This document shows positions 16,620 through 24,892 of a stretch of DNA of 32,000 bases, piece after piece; position 1 is the stretch's first letter; every line of letters begins with the position of its first letter. Origin of the DNA: Candidatus Scalindua sp. (GTDB taxonomy: Bacteria; Planctomycetota; Brocadiia; Brocadiales; Scalinduaceae); assembly GCA_031316235.1 (NCBI GenBank), contig JALDRA010000001.1:3630001-3662000 (forward strand), in the 5' to 3' direction. The translations under genes and the position numbers were made by a program. Below the pieces are notes generated by a model. The model had not been told where the DNA came from. It did no database searches and saw only the letters and a program-made list of their open reading frames with translations.

Positions 16620-16924
16620 CATGATATAAGCTCAAGGAAAACGGGAATTGAATTCTACAGGAATTTGCATGGTAAAGATGATTACATGAATTGGTTACGT
16701 TTTTTTGTGAGATGGTATTCCCGCCTGAACGGGTTATCCGGCTGAGATATTCAGGTCCAAAGAAGGTACATGGTTTTTTTTGGCTGAAGGGATGAATCCG
16801 TTCGGAAATAATTTCTCCTCTCTGCGTGCACCGACGACTGGCAGAAAGCGTGTAACTCTCAGAATGCATAAACAATTATGCTGTTCAAAAAAGCTCCTGA
16901 ACTAAAAGTTACTTTTAAAGAGAT

Positions 16925-18463
16925 ATGTCCATTCTATTGTTGGAGCATCCAAGACCAGAAAATCCTAAAAGGTTTGCCGATGTGGTAAACACCCCTCTCT
17001 CCTCCTGTCTCATGACCGGATTCATTGCATCAGTTCTGAAAACTGAAAATCTTAATACTGAAGTTGTTGATGCAAATCTTCTTGGCTGGTCGTTATCGAA
17101 AACGGTAGAAGAGTTAAAAAGAAGGCATTTCAGGCTTTTGGGAGTTCATCTCATTTACCTGTGGGAGAAAACGGAAGAGGTATTTGAGATGATCTCAGAT
17201 CTGCGTAATGAAGGGATCGACGCACACATAAATCTTTATGGTCATTTTCCGACATTTGCTTATGGAGACATTCTCTTAAACTATCCATTTGTCGATTCTA
17301 TTAGTATCGGTGAACCAGAGTTCACCGTTCTGGAGCTTGCAAAAACGATTGTTACCGGCCGAGGTATACCAAAACTGCACGTAATTGATGGGCTGGCTTT
17401 TCACTCCTCCTCAAACGGAAACAGGAAGGGACAGACAATGAAAGGATCCGGCCTGATTAAGAATCATCGGTCTGATGTACGGCAGAAGACTGGAATTGTA
17501 AAATCAAATCCAAGGTCTGTTGTACCACATCTTGATACTTTTCCCTTTCCTTTCAGGTATAATTTTGAGGTGTTTAAAGAAAAGGGGATTGCTACCTATA
17601 TCCTTGGAAGCCGGGGGTGCTATGGAAAGTGCACATTTTGTTATCTTGACCGGTTTTACGGTGATGATTCTTCGTGGCGTGGGAGGAGTCCGGAAAACGT
17701 GTTTGAGGAGATCTCTGGTATGTATCGAGATTTTGGAGAAACCTATTTTTACTTCGCGGATGCGAACTTTTTCGGACCAGGGAGAAAGGGTAAGGAGCGG
17801 GCAGGTACATTTGCTCGGCTTATTATCGACCAAGGGGTAACCATTCAGTTTGGGATAGAGTGCAGAGTGAACGATATTGAAGCCGATTCACTTAACCTTC
17901 TTGTTGAAGCGGGATTGAAGGATGTATTTCTGGGCGCTGAAAGCGGGAGCCAGAATGTTCTTGACAGACTCAAAAAATTAACGACAGTTGAGGAGAACAA
18001 AAGAGCCATACGCATGCTCAGAGATTACCAAATTGAGCCAAATTATGGATTTATCATGTTTGAACCAGACTCTACTCTCCGTGATGTGAGGGAGAACTTT
18101 GAGTTTCTCAACGAAATGAAAATGTTACGCATACCCAGTGTCACGGCACATCTTCTCTATCATCAACAGACGATATTTAAAGGGATGCCTGATTTTGAGA
18201 CGAGAAAAGATGATGCCGAATCTGTTTCAAAGTTTAATTATGAGTATCGCTATCATCTGAGAGATGAGAGAGTCGCTATCTTGTCTGAAAGCGTAAATAC
18301 CTTTTGTCTTGATATCTTAAGCAGGTTGTCAGATGAGAGAGATGGGGAACATTTGAGTCAGTCATGCAGTTACGGGGAAAAGGATTCACTTTCGCAGGAA
18401 TTGAACCAGGAGCTGATCAACCATTTCGAGAAGATGTTGTCTTCTTTAGAAAAAAATAGCTAG
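16925..18463 (+). CDS. B12-binding (class B) radical SAM enzyme
   Basis: The N-terminal region of about 150 aa looks like a cobalamin-binding Rossmann fold. GCYGKCTFCY is the CX3CX2C motif. FLGAESGSQNVLDRLKK is typical of the radical SAM core. Confidence 0.8.
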   Translation: MSILLLEHPRPENPKRFADVVNTPLSSCLMTGFIASVLKTENLNTEVVDANLLGWSLSKTVEELKRRHFRLLGVHLIYLWEKTEEVFEMISDLRNEGIDAHINLYGHFPTFAYGDILLNYPFVDSISIGEPEFTVLELAKTIVTGRGIPKLHVIDGLAFHSSSNGNRKGQTMKGSGLIKNHRSDVRQKTGIVKSNPRSVVPHLDTFPFPFRYNFEVFKEKGIATYILGSRGCYGKCTFCYLDRFYGDDSSWRGRSPENVFEEISGMYRDFGETYFYFADANFFGPGRKGKERAGTFARLIIDQGVTIQFGIECRVNDIEADSLNLLVEAGLKDVFLGAESGSQNVLDRLKKLTTVEENKRAIRMLRDYQIEPNYGFIMFEPDSTLRDVRENFEFLNEMKMLRIPSVTAHLLYHQQTIFKGMPDFETRKDDAESVSKFNYEYRYHLRDERVAILSESVNTFCLDILSRLSDERDGEHLSQSCSYGEKDSLSQELNQELINHFEKMLSSLEKNS

Positions 18464-18587
18464 TGGTTGATCCAAAACTACCCATCTACTGCGTTGCTGT
18501 AATTATTTCGTAATCCTCACGTACTTGAGTACGCTCCGGTTACGAAATAATTACGCGCCTTGTATCCGGGCAGTTTTGGATCAACCA
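18464..18587. mobile_element. MITE-like element 1 (124 bp)
   Basis: Terminal inverted repeats are 18464-18482 (tggttgatccaaaactacc) and 18569-18587 (reverse complement tggttgatccaaaactgcc), matching at 18 of 19. There is a perfect internal 15-bp inverted repeat at 18499-18513 / 18540-18554. CTAG flanks both sides (18460-18463 and 18588-18591). No coding capacity. Confidence 0.7.
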
Positions 18588-18591
18588 CTAG

Positions 18592-18828
18592 CCCCAGTTT
18601 ACAAGTTATGACGAAAAACTACCAATACGTTTGTGTAACTTTTTTATATCAACAAGTTACAAATGATAGGCTTGTATTACCCTACCAACACATAAAAAGG
18701 AAAAAGGAAAAAACAGCAAACATACGTAACTATATAATTTTCAATGTGTTGCATGATGTTTCTCTAATTCTACAGGTAAGGAAAACTCTTAAAATAAGCT
18801 AAAATAGGCCGTAACTTGTAAACTGGGG
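18592..18828. mobile_element. MITE-like element 2 (237 bp, AT-rich core)
   Basis: Perfect 17-bp terminal inverted repeats ccccagtttacaagtta (18592-18608) and taacttgtaaactgggg (18812-18828). CTAG flanks both sides (18588-18591 and 18829-18832). The 80-aa ORF inside is not credible. Confidence 0.7.
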
Positions 18829-18856
18829 CTAGCGGCTTCGTCCAACACGAGAATTA

Positions 18857-18892
18857 ACTATGACCGAAAGCTGCAAGGCTTTCGGTCATAGT
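18857..18892. other. perfect 15-bp stem, 6-nt loop hairpin
   Basis: actatgaccgaaagc (18857-18871), loop tgcaag, gctttcggtcatagt (18878-18892). No U-tract follows on either strand. Confidence 0.6.
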
Positions 18893-18978
18893 GATTCCCA
18901 CCGTTATTAGGAATTTAACGGTATATTTAATGTAAAGTTTATGTCCAACCGAAGGATACCAGCAATGCAAAATAAACG

Positions 18979-20034
18979 ATGCAAATCCAGCTTTTTAACG
19001 AGTACCTGTGGCAAGAGCTAAATTCTATGACTAATTACGATAATCTTCACTATATTCATGAACTTGGTTATGGTTATTGGAAGTCACAGGTTCTTTTTGT
19101 TGCGGTGGAAATGGACGTGTTTACGCAGATTGGAGTTGGTGGTAAGAGCGGTAAGGATATCGCGAGTGAGCTTGAAACTCACCCCAGGTCAACAGAAATG
19201 CTTCTCAATGTCCTTGTATCACTTGGATTTCTTAAAAAGGTAAAGGGGATTTACAAGAATACGCCTCTTTCCAAACGCTATTTAGTGAAAGGTGAACCTC
19301 TCTATCAAGGTGACAGGATACACCACTTTCACAATTTGTGGGAACCCTGGTCGAGATTGAGCGATGCAGTCAGATCAGGGAAACCTACGGCTTTTGAGGA
19401 TGTTCAGGAGGGGGTAGATGAGCACCGATTAAGAGATTTTCTGAAATCAATGCACAATATGGCCTCGATACAGGTAGAAGAGGTGTGCAGAAAATTAAAG
19501 ATAGATGAGTATAGAAACCTCCTGGATCTTGGAGGAGGTCTGGGGACATATGCCCTAAGGTTTGCAAAGGAAAATTCAGATTTAAGGGCAACGATCTTTG
19601 ATCTTCCTGATGTCATCAAGATAACCGACGAGTATATTAGGGAATCAGGATTGACAGAAAGGGTTACGACGCAGGGAGGAAATTGTCTCAAAGATGGTTT
19701 CGGCAGGGAACGATTTGACATCATTTTCGTGTCAAATCTCTTACATGGTTACAAACCTGCTGAGAATCGAAGCATATTGAAAAAATGTTGGTATTCTTTA
19801 ATGAAAAAGGGTATAGTTGTCATTCAGGAATTTGCCTTAAATACGGGGAAAACAAGCCCTACTTTTGGCACACTGTTTGGTTTGAATATGCTGGTTGGAA
19901 CATTAGGAGGTGCGATGTACTCGGGAGATGAGATAAAAGAGTGGCTTATCAAGGTTGGTTTTAAAAAGATAAAAAAAATTGACATAAACAAAGATTCTCA
20001 TGTAATCATTGGATATAAAATGAATTGTGTTTGA
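18979..20034 (+). CDS. class I SAM-dependent O-methyltransferase with N-terminal winged-helix dimerisation domain
   Basis: LLDLGGGLGTYA is SAM motif I. The overall layout resembles the CrtF/BchU/ASMT-like Methyltransf_2 family. The start is uncertain (ATG 18979 or 19027), and neither has a strong RBS. Confidence 0.78.
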   Translation: MQIQLFNEYLWQELNSMTNYDNLHYIHELGYGYWKSQVLFVAVEMDVFTQIGVGGKSGKDIASELETHPRSTEMLLNVLVSLGFLKKVKGIYKNTPLSKRYLVKGEPLYQGDRIHHFHNLWEPWSRLSDAVRSGKPTAFEDVQEGVDEHRLRDFLKSMHNMASIQVEEVCRKLKIDEYRNLLDLGGGLGTYALRFAKENSDLRATIFDLPDVIKITDEYIRESGLTERVTTQGGNCLKDGFGRERFDIIFVSNLLHGYKPAENRSILKKCWYSLMKKGIVVIQEFALNTGKTSPTFGTLFGLNMLVGTLGGAMYSGDEIKEWLIKVGFKKIKKIDINKDSHVIIGYKMNCV

Positions 20035-20058
20035 GTGTCATGTTTGAAAGGAGTAAAG

Positions 20059-21003
20059 ATGTTTAAGAAGTTTCACGTATTGTGTATGGGTATTTTCCTT
20101 GTTCTTCAATGCGGGGCGATGGCTCTGGCAGAGGAAGATGGGGGAAAAGATAGAGACTGTATTGCGATTGTTAACGGAGAAAAAATCCCACCGGAGGCAC
20201 TTGAAAAAAGGTTAAGTGTCTATATGAGTTTAAATCAGGAGATAACGGATACAACGAAAAAGTTTGTATTAGACCAGATAATAGACAAACTGTTACTTAA
20301 ACAGTTTGTGGAAGAGCAGGGAATCATAGTAAGTGCTGATGAAATTGAGGCTGAGTTAGAAAAAGTCAAGTTCTTTTTCAGCTCCAGTCAAAAAGGTTCG
20401 GGAGCCTCATTAGAGAAGGTTTTAGAGTCTCGGGGTTCCTCTATTCTCCAGCTGAGAGAAGAGATAAGAAATACGGTTGCTTTGAGTAAGTACATAGGCA
20501 AAACTATCAAGGCAGACGAATTGAAGTCGTATTTTGATTCTAACCAGGACTATTTTAATGGAGAAGAGGTGAGAGCAAGCCACATTCTGGTTGATACAAG
20601 AGGTTTAAAAAGTGAGCAAGAGTTTGATAAAGCGAAGGAAAAAATAGATAAGTTGAAAAAAGAGATTGACAGTGGAGCTGATTTTGCAGAACTTGCAAAA
20701 AAGAATTCTGATTGTCCCTCTTCTGAGAAGGGTGGGGACTTGGGGTTTTTTGAAAAAAAAGGAACAATGGTCGAACCTTTTGCAAACGCAGCATTTTTGC
20801 TGAAAGTCGGAGAGGTAAGCGAACCCGTAAAAACTCAATTTGGTTTGCATCTCATAAAGGTGACCGAGAGAAGAGAGGGAGAAGAGGTGAGTTATGATGA
20901 TGAAGAGGTGAAAGAAAAAGTTGATCAATTTTACCGGGATGAAAAAAAAGAGAGTCTTCTGGAAAGTTTAAGAAAAAAAGCAAAGATAGAAATTTTTATG
21001 TAA
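20059..21003 (+). CDS. parvulin-type peptidyl-prolyl cis-trans isomerase (SurA/PrsA-like), exported
   Basis: AAAGGAG RBS before ATG 20059. Signal peptide [24 protein letters not shown]. The rotamase core is VRASHILV...[15 protein letters not shown]...GGDLGFF...FGLHLIKV. Confidence 0.85.
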   Translation: MFKKFHVLCMGIFLVLQCGAMALAEEDGGKDRDCIAIVNGEKIPPEALEKRLSVYMSLNQEITDTTKKFVLDQIIDKLLLKQFVEEQGIIVSADEIEAELEKVKFFFSSSQKGSGASLEKVLESRGSSILQLREEIRNTVALSKYIGKTIKADELKSYFDSNQDYFNGEEVRASHILVDTRGLKSEQEFDKAKEKIDKLKKEIDSGADFAELAKKNSDCPSSEKGGDLGFFEKKGTMVEPFANAAFLLKVGEVSEPVKTQFGLHLIKVTERREGEEVSYDDEEVKEKVDQFYRDEKKESLLESLRKKAKIEIFM

Positions 21004-21012
21004 GAGAATGAA

Positions 21013-21099
21013 GCCAGAGTGGTGGAATTGGCAGACGCGCCGGACTCAAAATCCGGTCCCCGCAAGGGGGTGTGGGTTCGATTCCCACCTCTGGCACCA
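21013..21099 (+). tRNA. tRNA-Leu (anticodon CAA), class II with long variable arm, CCA encoded
   Basis: Acceptor stem GCCAGAG / CTCTGGC. D arm GGTGGAATTGGCAGACGC. Anticodon stem CCGGA / TCCGG with loop CTCAAAA. Variable arm CCCCGCAAGGGGG. T arm GTGGGTTCGATTCCCAC. Ends in ACCA. Confidence 0.92.
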
Positions 21100-21562
21100 T
21101 GTTCCTTTGATTTTTAAGACAAGTCCGGTCTTTATCGCCCAGCCATAGTCAGGTAACCCTTATGTACCCAGAGATCCCTTCCCGATGTAACCCGGTACCT
21201 CGCCATTGTGAATTTATTCGAGGAGCTTCATTGTCAGCACTCACATGAGTAATAGATTCCGGATCACGGAATGTTATGTTCAATTTGAATGGGAATCTGA
21301 ATGACAACTCTCCGGTAACCTGTCAGCAGGTGACACCAATACGCAAAATAAACAACAGGTATGGTACCTCCCGATTATCATAGAATAGACAAGTTTTGAA
21401 TAAAAGATAACTTTGTCCAGTCAACCTATGCCTGTTTTGTGAGATTGGAATACTATCTTTACGGATCATATTACCGACGCTATCTGGTAATTATATATGA
21501 CGAATTACTTGCGGCATGTTTATTTAAGATTGTGTACTGTATCATCATAAATTTAAGTAACC

Positions 21563-21591
21563 TTGACAATAAATAACTCTTATATTATATT
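21563..21591 (+). promoter_or_regulatory. near-consensus sigma-70 promoter upstream of the lipoprotein gene
   Basis: TTGACA (21563-21568), a 17-nt spacer, then TATATT (21586-21591). It lies about 105 nt upstream of ATG 21699. Confidence 0.4.
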
Positions 21592-21698
21592 TAACCCATT
21601 AATACGTATGCACACGTCTGTATTTTATTTACTTGGTAGAGATCGGTAGATTTATCTGCTTTTCACAAGTTTTGAAGAAATAGAAAAGGAGGTTGCAA

Positions 21699-21944
21699 AT
21701 GAATAAAATGGTAATAGGAGGAATAATCCTTGCGTTTTTTGTGGCATCTGGATGCGAAAGTAAAATGGGTACTGCCGGACTGGGTGCTATCGGGGGCGCT
21801 GCAGCGGGAGCGGGTGGTTATGAGTACCACTTACAACGTCAAATGGACAGGATCGAAGAGGACTTTAAAGACGGCAAGATAGATGACAAAGAATTTGGAA
21901 TTCGTAAGGATCAGATAAAGAGGGATTCGTTGATAAAGCGATAG
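21699..21944 (+). CDS. small glycine-zipper lipoprotein
   Basis: AAGGAGG RBS. Lipobox FFVASGC. The Gly-zipper GLGAIGGAAAGAGG is followed by a charged C-terminal tail. Confidence 0.6.
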   Translation: MNKMVIGGIILAFFVASGCESKMGTAGLGAIGGAAAGAGGYEYHLQRQMDRIEEDFKDGKIDDKEFGIRKDQIKRDSLIKR

Positions 21945-22063
21945 GTTGGCCTGAGACATTTTTTAGTATATCTCATAATAACCATTCATTGTCCATTCAG
22001 TTCATACAATTGTAATGTTGAAGTCTGAACATATTCATTCCCAATTGTAAGCAGCCTGCCTTT

Positions 22064-24295
22064 TTACTGTTTCACGAAAAACGGTTGAAATTTTTCATAT
22101 AAGGTGAGGAGTTTCTTTTTATAGTATTCTACGTTTTCATCAGGCTCTTTTTCACTCCACTGTGAGGCAAGCTTACAGTTATCAAATACCCTGACTCTGC
22201 TTTTAGTCCCGGTCACATAGAAAGAGACCTGGTCACCGGGTTGGTAATTGCGTTTTGATTGAATGGCCAATTGATATGATGCTGATGCGGTCCGCCTCTT
22301 TTTCCTTACTTTTTCAGAGTAGACGGGGAGAGAATCCTGCAGTGTTTCGGTTTTAAGAAACATTTTCTTGTCCCATTTATGATTGGTAAGTTCATGGATA
22401 TATTTCTGCAGGAGCTCTTCAACCTCTTTCTCTTTATCAGTAAGTATGAGATAAAACATCTCTTCCATGAATTTTCTCTGAAAAAGTTCCAGCCCCCTCG
22501 AACGCAGGCCTGATCCTTTAATAATCATATGATTCTCGTAATCAAGAAGTACATAATTTTTGATCTTGTAGCTGAACATTGCTTTGTACCTGCCTGCAAG
22601 CTCAAGGTTGATTCCCGCTGGCAGTGTGCTTGATAATTTCTGGATTAACTTCTCCTCATCCTCATGTGTTATGATATCTGATGGTGGCACAAAATAGATA
22701 CCGTCCGTGTCTATTTCAATTACCGTGCAGTCGTTCTCCCCAAGCCAGGAAACCATAGACCTGATGATGTCTCTTCCCTTTGCCGCTACATTGTCTGCCA
22801 CATCAAAATCACCAAAATGTCCATAGGAAAATCCAAGATACCCGTAAAAGGAATTAATAAGTATCTTGAATGTCGATTGAAGGGCATCAAAATAGATCTT
22901 CTCCGCCTTCGTTTCTGCAATGGCAGCCATCTGTTTCGCCTTCAAACGGAAATCTTTCAGATCTTCCAGTAACGATTTGAATATGTGCAGGACATCTTTT
23001 TCCGGCAGATAATTGAACGTCAGGATGATGGAAGGGTACAACGATTGAATATCGCAATAGAGTATCCTTTTAACGACACCTTGATAAAAAATATCAGTAT
23101 ATCCACCAGAATATTCTTTTGATTTGGGTAGATGCGGGATCGAGTGGTTTGCATTGATATACTCTCGTATAAGAAGCGAATCAATCTTGGTTGCATTACC
23201 TCGTATTATGATATTCTGAAAAGAATAGGGAAAGATCTGCGCCTGATAAAAAAAACTTTGGCTCAAGATCTCGCTGATAGCCCGAGTCTCTCTTACATCG
23301 TCAAGTGCATATTTCAAAAGTTCCTGATGGTTATGGTGGAAATACCAATTTATCTTTTCAGGTTTTATGTAGGTCCTTTCAGGAGGAGCAACGTTAAAAT
23401 GACTTGCTATAACCTTTAACCCGTAACTTTCCAGGTTCCGTGTGGTAACATCATACATCTGCGCGAGTAAATAGGTGTCAACAATATGGCGGCCATACAC
23501 TTCAAATTTTCTGTAGACAATTGTTCGTTCAGCAATATTGAGGCGAGATTGATGTGATTTCAAGAGTTTCCCGCCACGTCCAATTGTTAAAGGTACTTTG
23601 TGCCTTTTTGCACGTATCTCTATATAATTCAAATCAAAATTAAAGATGTTGTGGCCTTCAATTATGTCTGGATCTCTTGCATGTATCTGTTCTATCATGA
23701 GAGTAATCATCTCTTTCTCATCCAATTCTCTTCCTGAGATAGTATATTCCCACCCGCTGCTGTCAGAAAGTGTGATCACGATAATTCTATCTGCTTCTCT
23801 TTCGGGATTCGAGAAATCATATCCCTCTTCACAGTAAGTTTCAATATCAAGTTGAAGTCTCACAAGTTGATGAAAAGACATTCCCTTGAAAAGTGTTTGT
23901 CCGGTAACGAGAAGATATTGAAGAACAGGATCATTCAAATAATAATAGGGTGCATTAAAGCTCGATGATGTTGTACCGGTAGTTGTTTTTAAGTACTGTA
24001 ATAACCTTTGCAGATCTGTCCAGTTATCCAGGAATACCAGATATTGATAATATTCCTCCCCCTGGAGCTTTTTTGTATCATGCATATGGGGCCATCTGTC
24101 GAGCAATAGTCTCTCTTTTAGGAAGAGAAATGGCTTGAATGATGTAACCTTGGATGTTACTTTTCCTTCTGATCGAAAAAATATCTCCATACCCTTATTG
24201 CCATCGAATTCTACAGCCGTGATACACGGTGTGGGATTTCTGCCAAAAAGGATTTCATTTTCGTGAAAGGAAACCTTTTGAAACTTCATATCCAT
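22064..24295 (-). CDS. polB: family B DNA polymerase (Pol II-like, with 3'-5' exonuclease domain)
   Basis: Exo I is LDIETY, Exo II is GHNIFNFDLNYI, Exo III is YALDDVRET. Pol motif A is CDIQSLYPSII, motif B is KILINSFYGYLG, and motif C is IEIDTDGIYF. A thumb-like C-terminus is present. Confidence 0.9.
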   Translation of the reverse strand: MDMKFQKVSFHENEILFGRNPTPCITAVEFDGNKGMEIFFRSEGKVTSKVTSFKPFLFLKERLLLDRWPHMHDTKKLQGEEYYQYLVFLDNWTDLQRLLQYLKTTTGTTSSSFNAPYYYLNDPVLQYLLVTGQTLFKGMSFHQLVRLQLDIETYCEEGYDFSNPEREADRIIVITLSDSSGWEYTISGRELDEKEMITLMIEQIHARDPDIIEGHNIFNFDLNYIEIRAKRHKVPLTIGRGGKLLKSHQSRLNIAERTIVYRKFEVYGRHIVDTYLLAQMYDVTTRNLESYGLKVIASHFNVAPPERTYIKPEKINWYFHHNHQELLKYALDDVRETRAISEILSQSFFYQAQIFPYSFQNIIIRGNATKIDSLLIREYINANHSIPHLPKSKEYSGGYTDIFYQGVVKRILYCDIQSLYPSIILTFNYLPEKDVLHIFKSLLEDLKDFRLKAKQMAAIAETKAEKIYFDALQSTFKILINSFYGYLGFSYGHFGDFDVADNVAAKGRDIIRSMVSWLGENDCTVIEIDTDGIYFVPPSDIITHEDEEKLIQKLSSTLPAGINLELAGRYKAMFSYKIKNYVLLDYENHMIIKGSGLRSRGLELFQRKFMEEMFYLILTDKEKEVEELLQKYIHELTNHKWDKKMFLKTETLQDSLPVYSEKVRKKRRTASASYQLAIQSKRNYQPGDQVSFYVTGTKSRVRVFDNCKLASQWSEKEPDENVEYYKKKLLTLYEKFQPFFVKQ

Positions 24296-24496
24296 TTGAA
24301 TTTTGAACCTTTAACGTTTCGAAAAAAAAGACCGAAATACGGTTTCAGGATGACATGTTTTATTAACAGCCTCATTGTATTGTACAGGCGACTTGAAAGG
24401 TGATAAGAGGGGAACAATGAGTATTTTTTTACGTTATCACATGTTGTATGGGAATGCAAATGCCATTTTGTCTGATTATGAACAGGCTGTATATGG

Positions 24497-24705
24497 GGTT
24501 TGATGCTGCGGAGAGCACACATTCAAAATAGCGTGGAGAGACGATATGAATGTCGTTGCCCGCGAGACCCTTCTGCACAGGCTATCTGTGCCGCTTCCCA
24601 CCTGCCCGGACTTTATGCCATGAGGGTTACCGGCACTGGCCAGCTGATGATCATTCCGGCGGGGATGAGACAGCAATTTTGAAGGAGTTACCCGGTATAT
24701 GACTC
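24497..24705. other. GC-rich structured intergenic island (candidate ncRNA or leader, unassigned)
   Basis: It is visibly GC-richer than the flanking AT-rich spacer. Local hairpins include acgata-tgaa-tgtcgt, gcacag-gctat-ctgtgc and tcattcc-ggcg-ggggatga. The overlapping ORFs have implausible composition. Confidence 0.3.
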
Positions 24706-24892
24706 TCCCGTTTAATCCCATAATCAATGGTGCTCTTTCTTACCATATCAAGAGAGTAAATATTTTATAGAATTCTTGTAAAGATTTCGTATAGAATAAG
24801 ACATAGTAGATCTATCGGTAATCTGTATGGGGAAATAGGGTATTAAAAACGGTTCACATGGACACTCTGCGAAAGAGATAGGAGTCAGAAAT

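Noticed and set aside
16700-16800. TPP-like or cobalamin-like riboswitch in the leader of the B12 radical SAM gene
   Set aside because: CUGAGA and a CCUGA...GGUUAUCCGG stretch occur in the wrong order and do not form the expected helices. No B12 box or GCCACUG-type element is present on the plus strand.
18892-18902. 10-nt match (gattcccacc) to the 3' part of tRNA-Leu as an att-site remnant
   Set aside because: The match is short and plausibly due to chance. The enclosed genes (methyltransferase, PPIase) are not island-like, and no integrase is present.
22064-24295. PolB next to tRNA-Leu as a pipolin (primer-independent PolB element) or casposon
   Set aside because: The protein has a Pol II-like N-terminal domain, standard motifs A, B and C, and a thumb region typical of primed family B polymerases. 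There is no integrase/recombinase, no Cas1, and I could find no terminal repeats.
24625-24665. CUGAUGA followed by a 7-bp hairpin, resembling a hammerhead ribozyme core
   Set aside because: After the stem the sequence is GAC, not the invariant GAA. No convincing stems I or III or cleavage-site context are present.
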